The notes below the pieces were generated by a model. That model had not been told where the DNA came from. It did not search any database and worked only from the letters and a program-made list of their open reading frames with translations. Shown here piece after piece: positions 11,652-51,712 of a stretch of 62,343 nucleotides of DNA. Made by a program: the position numbers and the translations under genes. How positions within the stretch are numbered: position 1 is the first letter of the stretch; each line of letters begins with the position of its first letter. Location of the stretch: assembly GCF_000485595.1 (NCBI RefSeq), contig NW_014577082.1, positions 865,742 through 928,084 on the forward strand. Reading direction: 5' to 3'. This DNA is from Priapulus caudatus (Eukaryota).

Positions 11652-11812
11652 TTGACTACGTCACAAATTTTCCACGGTAAAATTTGTAAAAAAATAAATC
11701 CTATTTTTTTACATTAAAAGTAAGAACTAACGTTACTTAATATATCCTCAAGCACTCACCTGTTAAAAATGTTTTTACGTTGGTTAAATTTGCAAAAATC
11801 TAGACGATTTCG
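11652..11812 (+). repeat. Fragment of a dispersed repeat family (copy of 604-765)
   Basis: Collinear similarity to 604-765. Confidence 0.6.
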
Positions 11813-12007
11813 TAATTTCTGTTATCTAACACTATTCCCCCAGTACTGTTCAGATACTGGCGTCTCTCTGTTTTTCACCGGCAAATTAGGGCATATAAAG
11901 AAGGTACATAAGCATGAAATATAAACAGAAACACTAATTGTATTTTCATACATTTTATTTTGTACAAATAACACACAAATATACTACTTGATGGTGCTAG
12001 AAATTCG

Positions 12008-12430
12008 TGACGTCATCACTTAAACTCCTGATATTTTGTACGCTCCTCGTGCATGTTTGTGATATACACATCTACGTACTCTCTCGACCCCGACACTTAG
12101 CGCCCATTGAGGTTTACGAGCGCTCGGTGTGTCTCGCCGCGGAAAAATGACCAATGGTAGATAGAAATAGATGTTTAGTTGTCATGGTAACGCGAGTTCA
12201 TCTGCCCGCGGTCGCTCATTATAAGTCGTGATACAATGGCAAGCTTTGTGCGTGCGAGAGCATCATCTCCTATTACCGTGGTTGTGGGGAGGGGGGGGGG
12301 TAGCCACACTCACGTAACATGGCATACAACGTGTAGAGAAAGCAAGGTGTGTGTGTATGACCGCTGTGTTAAACGCAAATACGTTTTTGTCCAATATTTT
12401 GCGCGCTGACTAATATTATCGAGGTGAGAG
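12008..12430 (+). promoter_or_regulatory. Candidate promoter and non-coding first exon (probably of the CaMKK gene): CRE, CCAAT, RFX X-box, downstream 5' splice site
   Basis: TGACGTCA at 12008-12015, CCAAT at 12151-12155, GTTGTCATGGTAAC at 12178-12191 (fits X-box GTHNYY-AT-RRNAAC), GAG|GTGAGA at 12424, in a CpG-rich context. Confidence 0.4.
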
Positions 12431-12690
12431 TACAATTACGTGATATCCTAGCTACGAATTGCGACTCGCATGTAAGAAACTCATAACGTTGTCTGTGTTT
12501 TGCGCGTACACTGACGTGGGCGCGTGCACGCTCGTACGTGCGCATGTGCGCGAGATCGCATGCGCGTGCGTTTGTGCGTGTACGCCGGTTCGTTCGGTAG
12601 CGTGTATTAATGCAGTGCGTAGTTAATAACGGCGTTGCATGCCAACTCCACGTGCGAGATATTGAATTTGCACACGAAGTGTTATTTCGG

Positions 12691-12749
<59 letters not shown>

Positions 12750-13025
12750 CTGTATACATATTCAATATGTATATAAATGTACATAATTAATAACGATCAT
12801 TATAAAATAATGACATTGTCAATTGCAAATGTCAACAATTTGTCATTATTAACACCCTGATATATACACATGTACATTGTCATTTTTGTAGCAGTATCTT
12901 GGTCATTATTGCATCCTTGTTATTACTAACCCCTGGTATATAATATATAATATNNNNNNNNNNNNNNNNNNNNNNNNNCCCGCGCGGCCTGCGTGTGAGT
13001 GTTTTTGCACCCATCCATTTTTTTT

Positions 13026-13063
<38 letters not shown>

Positions 13064-13150
13064 TTCTCTCTCTCTCTCTCTTCTCTCTCTTTCTTCTCTC
13101 TCTCTCTCTCTCTCTCGTCTCTCTCTCTTTCTCTCTCTCTTCTCGCCTCG

Positions 13151-13217
<67 letters not shown>

Positions 13218-13592
13218 CTATAGACGTATAATTCGCCGTACGTCACGTCCGCTTTAATTCCGCGCGCGCCTGCTGCCTTACACGTCTACGGCGAATTATT
13301 TTCATTTCACAAAGTTAATCGACCAGGACTCCGCGGAGTTTCACCGCCTATAGCTGCTACTGCTGCTGCTGCTACTGCTGTGCTACTTGCTGCTGCTGCT
13401 GCTCTGCGTGGTGCTATCCCCCCCCCGCCCCGCTGCTGGTGCTGCTGTGCTACTGCTGCTATGCTACCTGCCTACTGCTGCTTGCTGCTGCGCTGACTAC
13501 TACTGCTGCTGCTGGTTTCACCGCCTCGCTGCTGCTACTGCTGCTGCTGGTCTTCTCTACTGCTGCGACTATTCCCATTATTGCCACTCGTT

Positions 13593-13935
13593 TGAGAACA
13601 CCGTGTGTGAGAACACCTGCGGAGAGAAACACCGTGCGTGAGAACACCGTGCGTGAGAACACCCGTGCGTGAGAAAACACCGTGTGTGGAACCACCGTGC
13701 TGTGAGAACACCGTGTGTGAGACACCTCCGTAGAAACACCGTGCGTGGAAACCGTGTGTGAGAACACCGTGCGTGAGAACACCGTGTGTGAGAACACCGT
13801 GTGTGAGAACACCGTGTGTGAGAACACCGTGCGTGAGAACACCGTGTGTGAGAACACCGTGGTTGTGTGAGAACACGTTTGTGAGAACCCGTGTGGTGTG
13901 AACACGCGTGCGTGAGAATTGTTTTGAGAACACGC
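13593..13935. repeat. 15-bp minisatellite (GAGAACACCGTGYGT)n
   Basis: About 20 units, several exact. Confidence 0.9.
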
Positions 13936-14412
13936 GTGTGTGTGCCTGTGTGTGTGTGTGTGGTGTGTGTGATGTGTGTTGTGTGTGTGTGTGTGTGCGC
14001 GTGTGTGTGTGTGTGTGTGTGTGGTGTGTGTGTTGCGTTGTGTGTTGTGTGTGTGTGGTGTGTGGTGTGTGCGCTGTGTGTGTTTGTTGTGTGTGTTGTG
14101 TGTGTGTGTGTGTGTGGGTGTGTGTCGTGAGACACCCCCGCCGGTTCGTGATTACCGTTGTGACAATTGATGTGGTTTGATCGAATTGCAACCAGGTCAA
14201 CAGAAAACAGGGCCCAGGCAGATCGAGAAAGAAGCGACAGGGTCAGCCACCGGAAAAATCGTACCGTATATGAAGAAGGATATTCCTACGTGTATGTTGT
14301 TCACAGTTGCTATGCTGGACGTGCAGCTATATCTCACAATAGTAATATAGATATATGTTATATAATAAAAACAAAGTCAAGAGTATAGAATAAGGGTGTT
14401 AGAATTATTTAA

Positions 14413-14449
14413 TTAAAAGCTTTCGAGATTACATCTCTTCATCAGGTCA
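14413..14449 (-). ncRNA. Minimal type I hammerhead ribozyme motif (Penelope-like element type)
   Basis: Minus strand reads TGAC-CTGATGA-A-GAGAT-GTA-ATCTC-GAAA-GCTT: both core boxes, a 5-bp stem II and a palindromic AGCT stem III. Confidence 0.7.
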
Positions 14450-14650
14450 GCAGACATTGAATAAGAATCCAAATAATCAAAACAAATACAATTGCGTTAT
14501 GAAATACAAAAATGATGACACAACAAAGTCGCAGTTGCCGATGAATACAGAATGACACAAGAACACGCACATAGATAATACACACGACACAAAAAACACA
14601 CACACACACACCAAAGCACACACACACACACACAACAGACACACACAGCA

Positions 14651-14682
<32 letters not shown>

Positions 14683-14932
14683 CGAAGCAATAATGGACTC
14701 AAAAAATCACACGTAATTAAAGTTTCCGGCTTGCTGACTATTTTTAACCAACCAGATCACGCGCATTGATGCGTGCGTGTTTGTGGCTGCCAACTACACC
14801 ATATTACAATCCTCACGTCGACAATGAGCTGAGCAGAAATTAATTCTGAGGGTTAGGTTGTTTTATCCAGGGGGCATGATGAACGCCTTAAAACTTTAAT
14901 CTACGTGTGATTTTTGAGGGCTATTGACTTCG

Positions 14933-14971
<39 letters not shown>

Positions 14972-15270
14972 TGTGTGGTGTGGGTGTGTGTGGTGTGTGT
15001 GTGTGGTGGTGTGTGTGGTGTGTGGTAGTGGTGTGTGTGTGTATGTATGTATTGTGTGTGTATGTGTGGTGTGTGTTGTGGTGTGTGTGTGGTGTCGTGT
15101 GTGATTGTTTTTGTGTGTGTGTGTGTTTTTTTGTGCGTGTGTATAATATGTGCGTTTCTTTTGTCGTCCGTATTCATTGCAACGCGCGAATTGGTTGACT
15201 CGTCTTTTTTATTATCTATAACGCATTTGAATTTGTTTTATGGATTATTTGATTCTATTCCAATGTCTGC

Positions 15271-15305
15271 TGACTGATGAAGAGATGTAATCTCGAAAGC
15301 TGTCA
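15271..15305 (+). ncRNA. Minimal type I hammerhead ribozyme motif (Penelope-like element type)
   Basis: TGA-CTGATGA(15274-15280)-AGAGATGTAATCTC-GAAA(15295-15298)-GCT-GTCA. The clean 3' half AAAGCTTGTCAATTAAA recurs at 21106-21122. Consensus stem I is TGAC/GTCA. Confidence 0.7.
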
Positions 15306-16020
15306 TTTAAACTTTAAATCACCTTTTTCTATACCCTTGACTTTGTTTTTAGTCTACACGGTGTTCGTGTGTCGATTGATGCCTGACGTGCAAAATAGAA
15401 AAATGCTAGAAAAAATGTCGTTATGCGTAAGAAAAGTACGGTTTCGCGACAAAGATACATCCGTTGAGAAGCTACAAACTATTAAAGGCTTTTTAAGATT
15501 TGCAAAAAATTTTAAGGAAAAATTAATCACATGATGGGAAATAATGGCAGAGATAGCACGGTAGAGAACAAAATATCATTAATTTTTGCTGTGAGAGTAT
15601 CGGGCCTTCAGTTATGGCGACAGCTTTCTGGAAGGAATGTAGATCTAAATATGCACACTACAGGAGTAAATGAAAACAAACATTATTCATCATCTTTTGA
15701 GTACAGAACACTCTATCTTGCTTTATCGTGATTTGTTTGATTCGGACATTTTTTTAGATGTTTGTTTTTATACGCTCTCGATGCCTATAGAATCTAGTAT
15801 AGACACACATTGTCAACATGTCACACATATTTGTTATAACTGAAGTTCTATGTTTTCTAGCGGATGGAATAAGTCCCTTGCGCTGGCATGTTAGTCCACA
15901 TCGTTACGCACTACACCAATGATAAACCATCTCGCGTAGGTGCTGGAATGATGCTGCTCTCTGACTGAATGTCATGGGAACGCAGCGCTGAAATTGAACT
16001 GGTAAGGACTCAATACGGGG

Positions 16021-18300
16021 ATGGAACCAGAGGGGGATAGTACAACGAGGGGGCGAGAAAGAGGGAGTAGCGTAATAGGCGCAGAGAGGGGGAAGGCCAC
16101 TAGACGGCGAGAGAGCGGCAAAGACGAGGGAAGTCAAACGAGAGGGCAGCAAAGAGAGAGAAAGGACAAATTGAGAGTAAAGGCAGAGAGGGGAACAGAA
16201 GAGAGGGAAGTAGGAAGGGGGCCGCAAGACCAAGGCAGGCGACGCGACGGCACAGTAGGAGAACAAGAGAGCCACAGAATGGGAAGCACAGCGAAGAGAA
16301 CCCACAATGGGACGGCAACGACAGGGCAACAAAGGAAGGGAGGACAGAGGAGGGGCCACGAGGAGTTAAGGCCAGAAGAGCGCGACGACGGAAGGGTAAC
16401 AAGGAGCGGGAGACCACAACAAGGGAAAGCAACGGGAGAGGCAGGAGTGGTAGGAGACAGCCACCAGGGTAACAAGCGGAGGGAGGACGAAGAAGAGAGG
16501 GCAAAGAGGACAGCGACGACTGCTGGCAACAACGAGGAGCGGAGGAAGGCCGACAACGAGACGGCCACGAAGAGGGAAAGCCGGCGGGGCCAACAGAAAC
16601 ACGAGAGCGACGAGCGGCGGGGGCCGCAAAGGGCACCAAGAGGGAAAGCCCGCGGCGGAGGGGGCGCCACACCCAGGCCTATAAGCAAGACGGCGGCGGC
16701 AGAGCACAAGCCACGCCAGTGAGCACAACGGCGGGACGAGGAGAACGCGGCAAACAACAAAGGGGCACCGGCGACGGACAGAGACAAACGGAGAAGTCAA
16801 GAGCGGCGAGGCAAAGAAGAAAGAAAGGGCGCGGAAGCCCCGCGAGAGGTGCAGGGGCGGGGAGGAGAAGAGCAGGAGAGGGGGGGACAAGCGCACGCGG
16901 AAAGCAGGCGCGAGACCGGGAAAAGGAGCAACGACGGGAGGAACGAGACGGGCAACGACGGGGGGCAACAGGGAACGAGGGACAGGGGCACGAGGGGAGG
17001 ACAGGGGTGCAAACGGGGGAGGGACAGGTGGAACGAGGGGGGAGACACGGGGCCGAGGGGTCCGAGGACGAGGGGGCAACGAGGAGGCAGGACAAGGGCG
17101 CAACCGAGGGGGAGGACGATGGGGTCAACGAGGGGGGAGCGAGGGGGGAACGAGGGGCCGACGACGAAGGGGGCAACGAGGGGAGGACAAGGGGGCAACT
17201 AGGGGGGAGGGACGAGGGGTGCAAACGAGGGGAGGACGAGGTGGAACGAGGGACGAGGGACGAGGGGGCAACGAAGAGGAGGACAAGGGCAACGAGGGGG
17301 GTTGGGATGGTACGAGGGCAACGAGGGGAGGCGAGGGGGAACGAGGGACGAGGACGAGGAGGGGCAACGAGGGGAGGGACGAGGGGGCAACGAGGGGGAG
17401 GACGAGGGGGCACGAGAGGTGAGGCGAGGGGGCAACGAAAGGCGGGAGACGAGGGGGCATACGAGGGGAGGACAAGGGGGGCAACAGTGGGAGGACACGG
17501 GGGCAACGAGGGGGGGACAAGGGGGCAACGAGAGGGGAGGACGAGGGGGCAACGAGGAGGAGGAACGACGGGGGCAACGAGGGGGAGGACGAGGGGCAAC
17601 GATGGGGAGGACAACGGGGGCAACGAGGGACGAGGACAAGGAGGGAACGAGGGGAAGGACAGTGGCCGAGGGGGACGACGAGGGGGCAGACGAGGGGTTT
17701 AGGACGAGGGAGGCAACGGAGCGAGAGGATCGAGGGGCAACGAGGGGTGGACAAGGGGGCAACGAGGGGAGGACGAGGGCAACGAGGGGAGACGACGGGG
17801 GCAACGTAGGGGGGGAGGACGACGGCGGCAACGAGCGAGAGGACCGGAGAGGGCAACGAGGGGGAGGACAAGGGGCAACGAGCGAGAGGCGAGGGGGCAA
17901 CGAGGGGGAGGACAAGGGCACGATGGGGAGGACAAGGGAGGCAACGAGAGCGAGAGACCGAGGGGGCAACGAGGGATGAGGACGATGGGGGAACGAGGGG
18001 CAGGACAATGGGGCAACGAGGAGCGAGGACTAGGGGGGCCACGGAGGGGGACCGAGGAACAGGGGGAGGACGAGGATGGCAACGAGCGAGGGACGATCTT
18101 TGCAAGAGCGACTCGGATGGACATCGTGGCAACGATGGGAGGACAAGTGGGCAACGAGGAGAGAGGAACAAGGTGGCAAACGATGGAGGAGGACGAGGCA
18201 ACGAGGGAGACGACCGATGGGGCGGAGAAGAGGACGCGGGGGTCGGAGAATGGGGGGCGGGCACGCGCCCACGCATGGCCCGCGGTCGAAGAGGGCGCGC
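16021..18300 (+). other. T-to-G converted copy of ~21815-24050 (probable base-calling artefact)
   Basis: Almost devoid of T. The unit CGAGGGGGCAACGAGGGGGAGGA (17380-17402) is exactly the 23-mer CGATGTGTCAACGATGGGGATGA of 22840-23900 with every T read as G. Upstream flank 15300-16020 matches 21106-21815. Confidence 0.8.
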
Positions 18301-19673
18301 GCGGAGAGCGCACTACAGGGGCCCGGAGAGGGAGACAGCAAGGAGGAGAGCCGAGCAACGCACCGGCGGCGAGTGACGCCGCGGCGGGCGATCACCAGGA
18401 CGGAGGACATGCAAGCAACACCACCGCACAACACACGCGCACGACACGCACATACGCGACCGCATCACGCCACCGCACACCGCCACGCCCGCACAGACAG
18501 CGCGCCGCGCACACCACACACACACACACACACACACCACCGAAACACAGCCACACAAACACACACACACAAACACAATCACGCACGACGGGCGCGCAAC
18601 ACACACACACACCACAGAAACACGGTTTTTTGACGCGCAATCTCATGTACACAACACACTACGCGCGCAGGAGCACACACACCAACACACATCACCACAC
18701 CACCACAGCACACATCACTACTATTTACACACATCTCACACATCACAAACTACATCACGCACACCCGCGCATTCTTATCTTACACTTCTTACGCACACTA
18801 CTCATCTACTTACACACAGCACGCACAAACACAGTCACTGCACGCACGTTCGTCTTCTTTTACTACATCATAACACATAATATTACCACACCGACATCCT
18901 TTGCGTGCGTGCGTTCACACAACACATTTCAGTCACAGCACACACACCATCACATTTCACATCAGCACACACACAGGCACACATAACACACACACACACA
19001 CACACATTTACACGATGACGAGTCAACATCACTTCACACACACATCACCACACACGACACACACACGCCGTAGCAATCTGGATCGTCAGTCAAGTCATAC
19101 AACACGACGCACACACGGTCGACGCACAGCACACGTATCAGCGGCGAGTCATGTCGCACCGTGTGGTTCGGCAGTTGCAGGGTGGTGGGGGGGTGTGTCA
19201 CCTTGAGTTCGATGGATAATAATTTCTGGCTTGGGGCGTGTGTTGACGTTGCATGGTCCATGCATGTCATTAACTGTGCGGCGGTCGGGTGGGTTGATTA
19301 GCGGGGAAGGTGAGGAGATTGGGAGTGTAGGAGTGAGTGAGGGAGGGGCCAGGGAGAGGTTTGGAAAAGGGAGCGGCGGAAGGGAAGAGGAGAAAATTTC
19401 CCCAATATATCTGCCAATGTATAGATAAGATAATGACACATAGATATAGGTGTAAATTCTAGCTGGCTAGTAGATGTAGGGGATAGAGGGAGATCATTTT
19501 CCCATCCGTTGACAACCCACGCGCGGACAACGCGAGGCGCATTCAAGCGTGCTCCCCACCAGCAGCTGCTGCAGCCACGTCGTCAGCAATTCTCCCACTT
19601 GTTAGTCATCCTCTTGTTCATCCTCCCTTTCTTCAGCTAATGTGATATTTCCATCGTTGCTGCTGCGGTGGTA

Positions 19674-48103
<28,430 letters not shown>

Positions 48104-49117
48104 CCAAGCATCGACTATGCGTGCGTGCGTGCGTGCGTGCCTACGTGCGTAAGTGCGTGAGCGTAAGTGCGTGCATGGGCGTGTGTGTGCGTGTGCGTGC
48201 GTGAGTATATGTGCGTACATACGTGCGCGTGCGCGTGTATGCGAGCGTGTGTACGTGTGTGTGCGTGTGCGTGTGTACGTGTGCATGTGTACGTGTGCGT
48301 GCGCGCGTGCGCGTGTATGCAAGCGTGTGTACGCGTGTATGCGCGCGTGCGTGTGTACGTGTGCGTGCGCGCGTGTGCGTGCGCGTGCGTGTGTAAGTAC
48401 CAGACACGTGAAATCACCATCGTCCTGCGGTGCGGACCGTTATCAAGCATTTCTCTCATCGATTCATTTCACTTCGCTTCCCTCATTGATCGTAATCACC
48501 ATGTCACTAGCATCAGTCGGCGTAGCCGGAAACGTCGCCGGAAGCATTGCTGATGACCGCCACCGGCTGCTTCCGTCGCCATGGCACCGGAAACCATTAT
48601 TTAACAAGCGCGTCGTTCTGCCGTATATGGGTCATTGCTATCAACCTCGGCAATAGTGGGGCAACTTATTACAAACGCCTAGACGCCCGTTTTTAATCTG
48701 TTTTTCCCGGTTTTTTTAGGGGTCGTGTCGTGCGTTTGATTTGTGTACGTTCCCGAACGTTTTATCTTTAACTGGATTTGTTATGAATCGTTTATTCTTA
48801 TAGTAAACCAGCCTGCGAGTGATGTTGATAATTTATCTCAGTTCAGAAGCCATATTGCTTCATCATGTTGCCTTGATTAGCGATATTATACTCTTCGTAT
48901 ATCAATAAATATCATATTGTAAAAATATATAGGTGAGGTATTGTATATTGTATTCCAGTTAGATCTATATATATATTATATATATTGTAAATACATTAAA
49001 CTTTTTATTTTCAATCTTTGAGCTTCAAATATACGCGGATTATTGAAATCTGCGTTATTAGTATAGACCTGACTTTGGTTTTGTTGTAAATGACACTGTT
49101 TTCATTTTGTTGTTGTA

Positions 49118-49185
49118 AACCCTGAGGAAGAGGAAAATGTTCTCGAAAGCTCGCAGAATAAAGAATTGACACCTCATTCTATTTT
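49118..49185 (+). ncRNA. Degenerate Penelope-type hammerhead motif / PLE 3' remnant
   Basis: CTGAGGA(49122-49128)-A-GAG..CTC-GAAA(49145-49148)-GCTC, then AATAAA and ACACCTCATTCTAT (compare ACACCTTTATTCTAT at ~21129). Stem I pairs poorly. Confidence 0.45.
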
Positions 49186-49235
49186 GTATATTCTTATATT
49201 TTCATCTATATCTGCATGCGTGTCCGTGTGTTTTA

Positions 49236-49274
<39 letters not shown>

Positions 49275-49587
49275 TTATATTATATCAAATGTAAATCTAT
49301 GAAAATTAATAACTACTGGTGACTAGGTTCCTCGAGATAACTCCTGAACACATGCATGCTAGACATACGTTTCATACTACCATTAGGCCATAATAGAGAT
49401 CTATCTATCTATTACCTATTATCTATTAATCTCTATTATGGAGTCTTGATACTATCTAATTCATTCAATACAATCCATGTTCTTCTTTCTGTTATGATGA
49501 TAATGGGGCAGTGCCATGTCTATCACAACTCCCTGCCTATGAATGGTTTGTTTAGTTGGTACCGCGGGATAGTTAATGTTAATTGGC

Positions 49588-49653
<66 letters not shown>

Positions 49654-50181
49654 GGTGGGTGTGTACGTATGCATAACAAGTGTTGGGTAAGTACCATTGC
49701 CTGTCACGGTTTATATATATATATATTTATATATAGTTTAATATTTCACACCAATTAATTCCTTTAACTCTATTTTGCTGCTTGATATTTGTTGAATAAT
49801 CTATTAAATTTGGCAAGAAAAAAGTTTAGCAACCTATGCACGGTAGCAGCAGATGCACAGTATGATAAATATTACATCATGCACATTGCCTCGTCGTCAC
49901 TGTCATCCTGCTACCAACTATAGTCGATCTAAATCAAGTCTAAAGTCCACTCGAACGTCGTGTTTACCGTTACCCTTACACACCACGCGCGCTCACAGCT
50001 TTCACGCAAAATCTACATTTATTACCTTTCGCGTCACGCCATCTATATACGATGCGAGAGAGAGAGAAAAAGAGAGCGAAAGAGCGAGCGAGAGAGAGAG
50101 AGAGACATACACACACATACAGAGAGAGAGATAGAGAGAAACAGAGAGAAAGGGAGAGAGAGAGAGAGAGATAGAGAGAGG

Positions 50182-50227
<46 letters not shown>

Positions 50228-50307
50228 GAGAGAGAGAGAGAGCGAGAGAGACACAGACACACACACATACACAGAGAGAGAGATAAAGCGAAACAGAGAG
50301 AGAGAGG

Positions 50308-50338
<31 letters not shown>

Positions 50339-50804
50339 CGAAAGAGAGAAAGAAAGAGCTCAACCGCACACCATACACGAGAGAGAAGAGAGAGAGAGAG
50401 AGAGACGAGAGAGAGAGAACAGAAGATAGAGTAAAAGGGGCGAGAGGGAGGAAGAGATGAGTGAGGAGAGGCAGAAAGAGAGAGAAGAGAGATGGAGAGA
50501 GAGAGACGAGCGCGAAAAGAAAGGGGCCGGAAAGGGTGGGGGGGAGAAAAGAAGAGAGAGAGAGGGAGGGGGGGGGGAAGCCGGGGAGAGGAGCACCACA
50601 CGACGCTACAGGTAAGAGAGAGGAGAGAGAAGAGCAGAAGAGAGAGAGAGATAGACTGAGGGGAGAGAGAGATGCGCCTTGGAGAGATGATGGAACGAGG
50701 AGACAGAGATAGAGGTATAATACAGGTGAGCGTCGAGGGAGGAGGGAGTGAGAGGGAGAGAGAGAGAGGCCGAGAGAGAGAGAAGAAGGGAGAGAGAGAG
50801 GACG

Positions 50805-50838
<34 letters not shown>

Positions 50839-51511
50839 TAGAGAACACGTTCGCGCCTACAGCTGTCCCTGTCGCTACGACATTTTATAATCGCACGCGT
50901 TAGACGGGCCACGGTAGCCCCGAGCGGTCTCTCCCCCGTGCAGAAACTCACTACCAGGTCGACAGCCCGCCTCTCGTCGGTGTCAGTCTCAGGTGAGCAC
51001 ACGGCAGAGCCCCGGGACAGGTAAATAATTGCGAGGGAGCTACCCGCAGCGGAGGTGACTCATGCAGTGCGAGCCGAGAGAGAGAGAGAGGATCAGTGTT
51101 GCAAATTCCTTTGCTGTGAGTGTGCATACGCGCTGGCGATGGCAGTCGCTCGTACGTCGCTCTCAGCCTCGCTCTAGCCCAGCGCTCCCCACCACCGTCT
51201 GACCGGACGAGGGACAGTAGCGACGACCTCACGCGTGCGTGCCCCCGTCACCGACACGTCGGCATCCTAGAAGGAAACAGCGACGAGAAGAAGGAACATC
51301 GATCTCTCTCATCCGGCGAGAGAGAGGGTACATCTCAGGTGATCTCACACCATCGCTCTCTGTGCAGCCGGCGGACCATATAAAGAGAGAGAGAGAGAGG
51401 AGGGAGAGAGAGAGGGAGGAGGAGAGAGAGAGGAGAGAGACGAGAGCGCCAGAGAGCAGAATGGCAGAGTGAGAGAGGGAGAGAGGCAGAAGGGAGAGTG
51501 TGAGCACGGAG

Positions 51512-51545
<34 letters not shown>

Positions 51546-51671
51546 AGCGCCGCGAAAGAGAGAGAGAGAGGAGAGAGAGAAGAAAGTCACAGTATGACCT
51601 TGTAGTTGTGTGTGTAGACCGCGTGCGACAACTGCGGCGGTGACACATGGTGAACCTTGCACCGCTCCATT

Positions 51672-51712
51672 GATGACGTCATCGCTTCCGGCCCTGTACG
51701 TCACGTCATCCG
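51672..51712. promoter_or_regulatory. CRE, ETS-like site and half-CRE cluster (promoter-like)
   Basis: TGACGTCA at 51674-51681, GCTTCCGG at 51684-51691, CACGTCA at ~51702; the target gene is unclear. Confidence 0.3.

Larger units (their letters stand above)
14365..15352. mobile_element. ~1-kb inverted-repeat structure made of two opposed Penelope-like pLTR-type segments, each with a hammerhead motif
   Basis: 14365-14725 is the indel-noisy reverse complement of ~14890-15352 (e.g. AAAAACAAAGTCAAGAGTATAGAA vs TTCTATACCCTTGACTTTGTTTTT). Mirroring stops sharply at the outer ends. Confidence 0.6.

Noticed and set aside
16021..18986. Long Gly/Arg/Glu-rich (+) and Pro/Leu-rich (-) ORFs of 200-380 aa
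   Set aside because: They are open only because T, and hence stop codons, is missing in a T-to-G corrupted copy of a minisatellite region.
51250..51360. Minus-strand peptide EMYPLSPDERDRCSFFSSLF, faintly like an ABCC-transporter N-terminal motif
   Set aside because: Too short, followed by a stop, and no other transporter exons are visible in the window.
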